NCBI GenBank assembly: GCA_965660855.1
Contig: CBFIBM010000006.1
Location: 32,001-96,000, forward strand
Length of the DNA: 64,000 bases
Direction of reading: 5' to 3'
Origin: an uncultured bacterium
GTDB taxonomy: Bacteria; Fidelibacterota; Marinisomatia; Marinisomatales; UBA1611
Program-made: the position numbers and the translations under genes
Notes under the pieces: generated by a model
Told to the model about the DNA's origin: nothing
What the model saw: the letters and a program-made list of their open reading frames with translations, nothing else
The model's database searches: none
Part shown: piece after piece, positions 58,513-64,000 of the stretch
Layout: each line of letters begins with the position of its first letter
Position numbering within the stretch: position 1 is the stretch's first letter

Positions 58513-59440
58513 TTGTTATTTGTGATTTGTTCCAGAGTGAATATTGAATACTTACTAAACCAAGAATCCAAGAAGCTATCCACAAATGGAAAAGTTGTAT
58601 TATGGGTACTATTTTAAAAAAAACCAACACTTCTCCAGAAATAATTTGAATAATTATAAGAAATAAAATTGATGACGATATTTGAATCATTAAATTAGAC
58701 GGAAAAATGGATTTTTTAATTATTTGGTACAAAATATAAATCGCTAAGAAAGTGATGAGAATACCCAGTATTGTATGCATATACTTAAAAGGGCCAAGCA
58801 TTTTCAACAAAAAAGTTGAATCTAAAGTAGGATTTTCTTTGTGTACCATCTCTAATCCGGCTCTTATTTCTGTACCAAGAATAACTTCAAATAGTAAAGC
58901 TGTTGATAACAGCAAGAATGTTTTTCCTAATTTTTCGGGGTATTTACTCTGTTTTTCAGCTGCTGGATTCTCCAAATAATACACCTCTTGAGATGCATAA
59001 ATAAGCAACATAACAATAATAAGAGCAAAAAGCAGGTGAAGGGTGATTGTAAATGGATTTAGAATCGTTTTCACCAATACGGCTCCCAACCATCCTTCAA
59101 ACAATGTCAATATAAATGCTAAACAAACAGCATTTCTTACTTTAGTTTCATTAGAATAATATTTAAACATAAGTAACATGGTAAGTGTAATGGTCAATCC
59201 TACTAATGCACCAAACACTCTATTGGAATATTCAATCCAGGCTAAAACAATATTGAATTTTGAGGGATCAATGTGATCAGGAAGCTGTTCAATGTTTGTT
59301 GGAGGTATCCAACGATCAAAACACTTTGGCCAATCTGGGCAACCCATACCTGCTCCGGATACACGGACAAGTCCACCGATGAATATCAATAGATATGTCA
59401 TCCCTGTAGACAAGTAAGCAAAAAATCGAAATAGTTTCAT
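58505..59440 (-). CDS. ctaA: Heme a synthase (COX15/CtaA)
   Basis: GGLVR..GAGMGCPDWPKC, WIEY.NR, EGWLGA, His-bearing TM helices. Confidence 0.9.
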   Translation of the reverse strand: MKLFRFFAYLSTGMTYLLIFIGGLVRVSGAGMGCPDWPKCFDRWIPPTNIEQLPDHIDPSKFNIVLAWIEYSNRVFGALVGLTITLTMLLMFKYYSNETKVRNAVCLAFILTLFEGWLGAVLVKTILNPFTITLHLLFALIIVMLLIYASQEVYYLENPAAEKQSKYPEKLGKTFLLLSTALLFEVILGTEIRAGLEMVHKENPTLDSTFLLKMLGPFKYMHTILGILITFLAIYILYQIIKKSIFPSNLMIQISSSILFLIIIQIISGEVLVFFKIVPIIQLFHLWIASWILGLVSIQYSLWNKSQITNE

Positions 59441-59579
59441 TTTCTTATTTTAAAATTAAGAACAATAATCATGTTTATAACCTAACTTTTACACTTTATT
59501 AACAATATAACAATTGTTTAAGTTCAGATATAAAATTTCCAAGATTTATTAAAAATATATAATTATAATAGGATTATAA

Positions 59580-60869
59580 GTGATTCTGAATAGGATTGAA
59601 ATAGGGACTGAGTGCACCGTAAGAGAAACAGGCCTCAAAGGTATCTTAAAGAAGATATACTTTTATCCTACCAAATATGAAATTGAATTTTCTGATGGTA
59701 GCATTGACCATTATTCTTCTAAAGATATAGTGCTTCAAGGCATAACTCAAAAACCCGTTCAAAGACGTATTCCTGATGCTCCAGAATATGGAATTCTTGA
59801 AGAATGGTCAGGAGGTTCTTTTTTTGAGAGCGAAAGTCTTACAGCATATCATTTTTCAACGACAAAAAAAATAATGTGGAAAATGCTTACGTCTATCGAA
59901 ACTTACAATGTTTGGTTTTACGGAATCCAAAGAGCTCTTCCAGTTCTAGATTCTGAAAGGTATGTCCATAAATATTCTTTTAATCAGCTAGAGTTGAAAC
60001 CCGGATCATTTTTTAAGATAAGACCTCGAACCATAGCTCCTTATTTTGACTGTAGAATCATGACTTATGAATTTGAGAAAAAATTTGGGTTCACTTTTCA
60101 AACGACACCATTTACAAATGAATATGTTCAATTTTCACTAGAAGAAACAAAATTAGGTGTCATAGTAACTTGTAGAAGATATTCTTCAGGTGGACTTTCA
60201 TTTTTAAATCAAATGAACTGGAATGAAAAATCTAAGATTTTAAATAATTTGAATGAAATCATTCCTAAAGTCAATTTTTTAGAAAAAAAATCATCAGATA
60301 TAGATGCAAATTTCCAAATAGGTTCAGATGTACCATCGCTATCTAAAGATGATATTGTTGCAGTTTTAGTGAATAAAGTATTAGATGGCGATACTGAAAT
60401 AATGAATTTAGAAAGGAGCAAAGTTATACGAGGAAAGGCGAAAGCCATGATTGTAAAAATCAAAAGAGGGTCAGTTGAAAGACCTCCTATGCCTGAAATA
60501 TCTGCAAATAAGCCCAGCACTTCAGGTGGTATTGAGTCTTTGTCAAAAGAAGATCAAATTTCATTCTACGTTAACAGTGGTTTAGATGGAGATATGGATA
60601 GTGTTAACAACCTCCAGGATAAAGTTCTCCGTGGAAAAGTCAAAGCCATGATTGTAAAAATCAAAAGAGGGTCAGTTGAAAGACCATCTATGCCTGAAAC
60701 TAAAGATCAGAATTCTAAAAATAATATTGAAACTGACGAAGATAAAATTAAACGTCTGGTTTCTGATGGACTTCAAGGAGAAATGGATGAAATTAATAGT
60801 TTAGATGATCGTGTATTAAGAGGAAAAATTAAAGCCGCAATTGTAAAAGAGAAAAGAAAATCAAAATAG
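59580..60869 (+). CDS. Hypothetical protein with a possible SRPBCC/START-like middle domain and three C-terminal ~50-aa repeats
   Basis: GTG start with AGGA; MWKMLT..E.YNVW-type segment; repeats of the form ..L.G....N.....V.RGK.KA.IVK.KR. Confidence 0.7.
   Translation: MILNRIEIGTECTVRETGLKGILKKIYFYPTKYEIEFSDGSIDHYSSKDIVLQGITQKPVQRRIPDAPEYGILEEWSGGSFFESESLTAYHFSTTKKIMWKMLTSIETYNVWFYGIQRALPVLDSERYVHKYSFNQLELKPGSFFKIRPRTIAPYFDCRIMTYEFEKKFGFTFQTTPFTNEYVQFSLEETKLGVIVTCRRYSSGGLSFLNQMNWNEKSKILNNLNEIIPKVNFLEKKSSDIDANFQIGSDVPSLSKDDIVAVLVNKVLDGDTEIMNLERSKVIRGKAKAMIVKIKRGSVERPPMPEISANKPSTSGGIESLSKEDQISFYVNSGLDGDMDSVNNLQDKVLRGKVKAMIVKIKRGSVERPSMPETKDQNSKNNIETDEDKIKRLVSDGLQGEMDEINSLDDRVLRGKIKAAIVKEKRKSK
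60441..60685 (+). repeat. 44-bp exact direct repeat inside the 429-aa gene
   Basis: AAAGCCATGATTGTAAAAATCAAAAGAGGGTCAGTTGAAAGACC at 60441-60484 and 60642-60685. Confidence 0.9.
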
Positions 60870-60870
60870 T

Positions 60871-60978
60871 ATGGAAAAAGAACCAAAAACTATTCTAACC
60901 AAAACTCAGGTCATATCAATGATCGCATGCACGGTATTATTATTAGTTTACATTTCATTAGTTACCTGGGTATTATAG
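60871..60978 (+). CDS. Small single-TM protein, 35 aa
   Basis: MEKEPKTILTKTQVISMIACTVLLLVYISLVTWVL*; starts 1 nt after the upstream stop. Confidence 0.55.
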   Translation: MEKEPKTILTKTQVISMIACTVLLLVYISLVTWVL

Positions 60979-61125
60979 TTGTTTGATTGGTTAACTTTAG
61001 AATGGTTGATGATTAATCTAGAATGGGCGGTAGGTATCCTAGCTGTTGGATGTATCATACTATTTTTTTTCCCATTATTACTTGGATGGCAGCTAAAAAA
61101 AAATGCAGATGATAAAAAATCATAG
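60979..61125 (+). CDS. Small single-TM protein, 48 aa
   Basis: TTG start directly after TAG; MFDWLTLEWLMINLEWAVGILAVGCIILFFFPLLLGWQLKKNADDKKS*; TM segment plus charged tail. Confidence 0.55.
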   Translation: MFDWLTLEWLMINLEWAVGILAVGCIILFFFPLLLGWQLKKNADDKKS

Positions 61126-61131
61126 GATTTT

Positions 61132-61266
61132 ATGGATGTAGTTCATTACCTACTTTTTTTAATTCTAATATTCGCTGTAACGTTTATATCAGAATTTTTT
61201 AAATTGAAAAGAGAGGTAAGAAAAAATTCAAATCTTATAAAAATGTTAAAGAAAAAAATTACTTAG
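61132..61266 (+). CDS. Small single-TM protein, 44 aa
   Basis: AGGA upstream; MDVVHYLLFLILIFAVTFISEFFKLKREVRKNSNLIKMLKKKIT*; TM segment plus basic tail. Confidence 0.5.
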   Translation: MDVVHYLLFLILIFAVTFISEFFKLKREVRKNSNLIKMLKKKIT

Positions 61267-61352
61267 ACTTTATTATAATCTAGATCACTTTTATTTTTGA
61301 CCTTAGCAAAAAATTATTAATAAGTTCTTACCTATATATTAGTAGATAAAAA

Positions 61353-62234
61353 ATGGAAAATACACCAACAGTTGATCACGAAAAAAGCGAATCGAGTAGA
61401 ATTTATACCCTTTTCTATTCGTTTTTCTTGATTCCATTTATGATAGCGATATTTGGAGCAATTTTCTTTTTACTATTTAGATTCATTACTTTTGAAACAG
61501 ATGATGCTTCTGAACTTTTAAATCAGGTTAAAATTGGCTCTGCAACAAAACGTTGGCAGGCTGCTTATGAATTATCAAAAGTTTTAAATAACCCCAAAAC
61601 AATTCCAACAGACGTTAGCTTCAAAAGCCAAATGGTATCAGCATATAAACATTCGATAAACGATGACCCTCTAGTCAGAGCCTACCTTGCAATTGCGATG
61701 GGTGCAACCAGTGATAATTTTTATTCAGAAGAACTAGTAGTCGGGCTGTTGGACGAATCCCGAGAGTCAAGACTAGCTGCAATTCAAGCGGTAGGAATGG
61801 TGAAAGCAAAAAATGCTCTAATTGAATTGACAAAAATTGTAAAAAATTCAGATTACCAAGACGAAAGATTAGCAGCAACTATGTCAATCGGTTTCATTGG
61901 CGATAATTCATCCATTCCCCTACTCAATAATCTACTTGAAGATGATGAGCCAAATATTAGATGGGATGCAGCAGTAGCTCTAGCGAAAATGGGCGAGAAA
62001 TCTAGTGTCCCAATTATTGAAAATCTCATGGATAGAGAATATTTATCTTCATTTCCACAATTAGATTACAAAGAGGTTAACAAAGTACTTTTGATTGCAA
62101 TTGAAGCATCAAAAATGATAAAAGATAACAGATTTGAATCTAAGTTGAATATATTAGCTGAATCAGACGAAAATATGAAAATTCGTGATGCAGCAATGAA
62201 AACTTTAAAAAATTCATATAACAAGGTCATATAA
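61353..62234 (+). CDS. Membrane-anchored HEAT/PBS-lyase repeat protein
   Basis: N-terminal TM; repeats RWQAAYEL, VRAYLAIAMG, SRLAAIQAVG, ERLAATMSIG, IRWDAAVALA. Confidence 0.85.
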   Translation: MENTPTVDHEKSESSRIYTLFYSFFLIPFMIAIFGAIFFLLFRFITFETDDASELLNQVKIGSATKRWQAAYELSKVLNNPKTIPTDVSFKSQMVSAYKHSINDDPLVRAYLAIAMGATSDNFYSEELVVGLLDESRESRLAAIQAVGMVKAKNALIELTKIVKNSDYQDERLAATMSIGFIGDNSSIPLLNNLLEDDEPNIRWDAAVALAKMGEKSSVPIIENLMDREYLSSFPQLDYKEVNKVLLIAIEASKMIKDNRFESKLNILAESDENMKIRDAAMKTLKNSYNKVI

Positions 62235-62235
62235 A

Positions 62236-62790
62236 ATGTCAGATAAAAAAATAATTCCCAATGCTTCAATAGGATCTTCAGCTGAAAATTCATTCAAAAA
62301 GTCAGAAACTTCACGCCGAGGATTCCTCAGTTGGTTAACCGTTGGATGGGCTGCCTATATCGGAGTTACAGGTGGTTTTTTCACAGTAATCATTAGGTTC
62401 CTTTTTCCAAATGTACTTTTTGAGCCACCGCAAACTTTTAAAATTGGATACCCTGACGACTTTGCAGCTAACAGCGTTGATATTAAGTTTAAGAAAGAAT
62501 TTAATGCATGGGTTGTTCGCGATGAGGAAAGTATTTTTGCATTATCCACAGTATGTACACATCTGGGATGTACTCCAAATTGGCTTCCTGTTGAATCAAA
62601 GTTTAAATGTCCATGTCATGGAAGTGGTTTTAGAATGACAGGTATCCATTTTGAAGGACCTGCGCCTAGGCCGTTAGAACGCTTCAAAGTTAGTTTAGCA
62701 AATGATGGTCAGATCTTAGTAGATAAAACAAAAAGTTTTAAATGGGAAAAAGGCGAGTGGGAAAATCCTGAATCTTTCCTAAAAGTTTAA
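62236..62790 (+). CDS. Rieske 2Fe-2S subunit of a quinol:cytochrome c oxidoreductase
   Basis: Tat motif SRRGFL plus TM; CTHLGC and CPCHGS; GPAPRPL. Confidence 0.95.
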   Translation: MSDKKIIPNASIGSSAENSFKKSETSRRGFLSWLTVGWAAYIGVTGGFFTVIIRFLFPNVLFEPPQTFKIGYPDDFAANSVDIKFKKEFNAWVVRDEESIFALSTVCTHLGCTPNWLPVESKFKCPCHGSGFRMTGIHFEGPAPRPLERFKVSLANDGQILVDKTKSFKWEKGEWENPESFLKV

Positions 62791-62828
62791 ACATTTTCAT
62801 AATATAATAGTAATATTAAAGATTAATA

Positions 62829-63623
62829 ATGGCTAAAAAAGAAAGTAAAAAATCAATATTGGACGTTCTTGGTGAGTCTCAAGTATGGAAATCCATAATA
62901 CGATCAGGGATTCCAAGAACCAGACGTCAAAGAATGCACGCAATTTTAGGAAGTGTATTTCTACACTTGCACCCAGCAAGATTACCCAAACATGCAGTAA
63001 AAGTCGGTTACACTTGGTGCATGGGTGGACTATCATTTTTCTTGTTTGTTAATCTAACAATAACAGGGATTCTTTTAATGTTTTACTACCGTCCTACGGT
63101 TGAATATGCGTATACCGATATTATTGATTTAGCAGAACAAGTTCCCTTAGGTATCATGAGAGAATTGCATAGATGGGCAGCTCATTCTATGGTTTTAGTT
63201 GTATGGCTACACATGCTTAGAGTATTCATGACTGGCTCCTATAAGCCACCACGAGAATTCAACTGGGGTGTAGGAGTCTTACTTATGACCCTCACCATGT
63301 TTCTATCCTTCACTGGATATCTTTTACCGTGGGATCAGTTAGCAATTTGGGCAGTCACAGTAGGGTCCAACATGGCCAGAGCTCATCCATTTATTGGGCA
63401 TGAAGGTCCCGGAGCTAGTCTTTTAGCAATTGGAGATATCAATTTAGTTCACATTGGGTCAGACGTTAGATTTGCTCTAATCGGAGGACGGTTCGTTGGA
63501 GAAGCGACATTACTAAGGTTTTATGTTATCCATTGTATTGCAGTACCATTTATTATGATGATCTTCATGGCTGTACATTTTTGGCGAATCCGGAAAGATG
63601 GTGGAATATCGGGACCATTATAA
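62829..63623 (+). CDS. Cytochrome b, N-terminal (b6-like) subunit
   Basis: WCMGG, TG.LLMFYY.P, R.LHRW.AH.M....LHM.RVF.TGSYK.PRE.NW, TGY.LPWDQ, RFY..H, C-terminal GISGPL as in cytochrome b6. Confidence 0.95.
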   Translation: MAKKESKKSILDVLGESQVWKSIIRSGIPRTRRQRMHAILGSVFLHLHPARLPKHAVKVGYTWCMGGLSFFLFVNLTITGILLMFYYRPTVEYAYTDIIDLAEQVPLGIMRELHRWAAHSMVLVVWLHMLRVFMTGSYKPPREFNWGVGVLLMTLTMFLSFTGYLLPWDQLAIWAVTVGSNMARAHPFIGHEGPGASLLAIGDINLVHIGSDVRFALIGGRFVGEATLLRFYVIHCIAVPFIMMIFMAVHFWRIRKDGGISGPL

Positions 63624-63634
63624 GGAATTATTAA

Positions 63635-64000
63635 ATGTTAGATACTTTTAAAAGCACGGTTGATTATATTTCTAATCCAACGATTAGCTTTTCATTATTA
63701 ACGATACTTACTCCAATTCTTTTTCCCCCTACAGATTGGTTTGATAGATTGAACCGAAAACTTCGTTTTAATTTACTGTGGACAAAAACTGGACTTGCCA
63801 TTGCGATGATTGTAATAACATTTTTCTTTGCTGTTGGCTTTTTAGATGAGAATTTTAGTGTTATTTTAACAAAAGCAGATAATTTTCCAATCATTTTAAT
63901 GTTTTATTCAATTTACTTTTACACCTGGCTCGCAATGCACAAAGCATACATTAATGATGAAAGGCTAGAGAAAGGATTAAAACCATCTGAATATAATGAC
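63635..64000 (+). CDS. Membrane protein, probably subunit IV-like (C-terminal cytochrome b part) with an N-terminal extension; partial
   Basis: Not in the ORF track. AAGGA RBS, ATG 63635, open to the edge: MLDTFKSTVDYISNPTISF...D.NF..ILTKADNFPIILMFYSIYFYTWLAMHKAYINDERLEKG. Follows the b6-like gene. Confidence 0.7.
   Translation, partial: MLDTFKSTVDYISNPTISFSLLTILTPILFPPTDWFDRLNRKLRFNLLWTKTGLAIAMIVITFFFAVGFLDENFSVILTKADNFPIILMFYSIYFYTWLAMHKAYINDERLEKGLKPSEYND

Noticed and set aside
59441..59579. AACAATTGTT palindrome and AACAAT repeats between ctaA and the respiratory operon
   Set aside because: No match to an FNR/Rex-type box I can support; low complexity.
60871..61266. Pyrrolysine decoding of the in-frame TAGs
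   Set aside because: No pyl genes or methyltransferase context in the window. The second and third ORFs have their own start codons, and the third has an RBS.
1178..63894. Many 60-112 aa ORFs nested in or antisense to long genes (e.g. 1178-1408, 9296-9505, 15023-15361, 33553-33888, 49969-50295, 60209-60520, 63664-63894)
   Set aside because: They overlap well-supported genes, have no recognisable motifs and look like codon-bias shadows.

Overview
AT-rich bacterial chromosome segment with no rRNA, tRNA, CRISPR, integrase or transposase visible. Gene content suggests a marine FCB-group organism outside Bacteroidota, most plausibly Marinimicrobia/Marinisomatota (inference from Asp-rich DxNxNG inserts, T9SS-like C-terminal domains, a PorV-like barrel and a split b6-type cytochrome b). 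From left to right: (1) a SusD-less alpha-glucan-type utilisation locus: partial divergent secreted enzyme, TonB receptor, large Asp-rich partner, PorV-like barrel, 10-module CBM20-like protein, PPIase, GH97; (2) a second TonB receptor with a DUF4249-like lipoprotein; (3) an SOS mutagenesis operon (small ORF-lexA-imuB-dnaE2) with a candidate operator TTAC-N2-GTAA x2 and an apparently non-canonical dnaE2 start; (4) a PAS-MenA fusion, a cyclase-family hydrolase and two UGA-containing selenoprotein genes (BCP peroxiredoxin and SelW/Rdx) that the ORF track missed; (5) kdsD and cytochrome c5; (6) a chitin/peptidoglycan scavenging cluster of about 15 kb; (7) transport and housekeeping genes, a GAF-HD-GYP protein and a 1524-aa acyl-CoA synthetase/kinase-like/GNAT fusion; (8) heme o/a and Sco biogenesis genes, divergent from an operon with three hidden small membrane ORFs, a HEAT protein and a Rieske/cytochrome b6-like complex. 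All family calls are by motif recognition; no database search was run.
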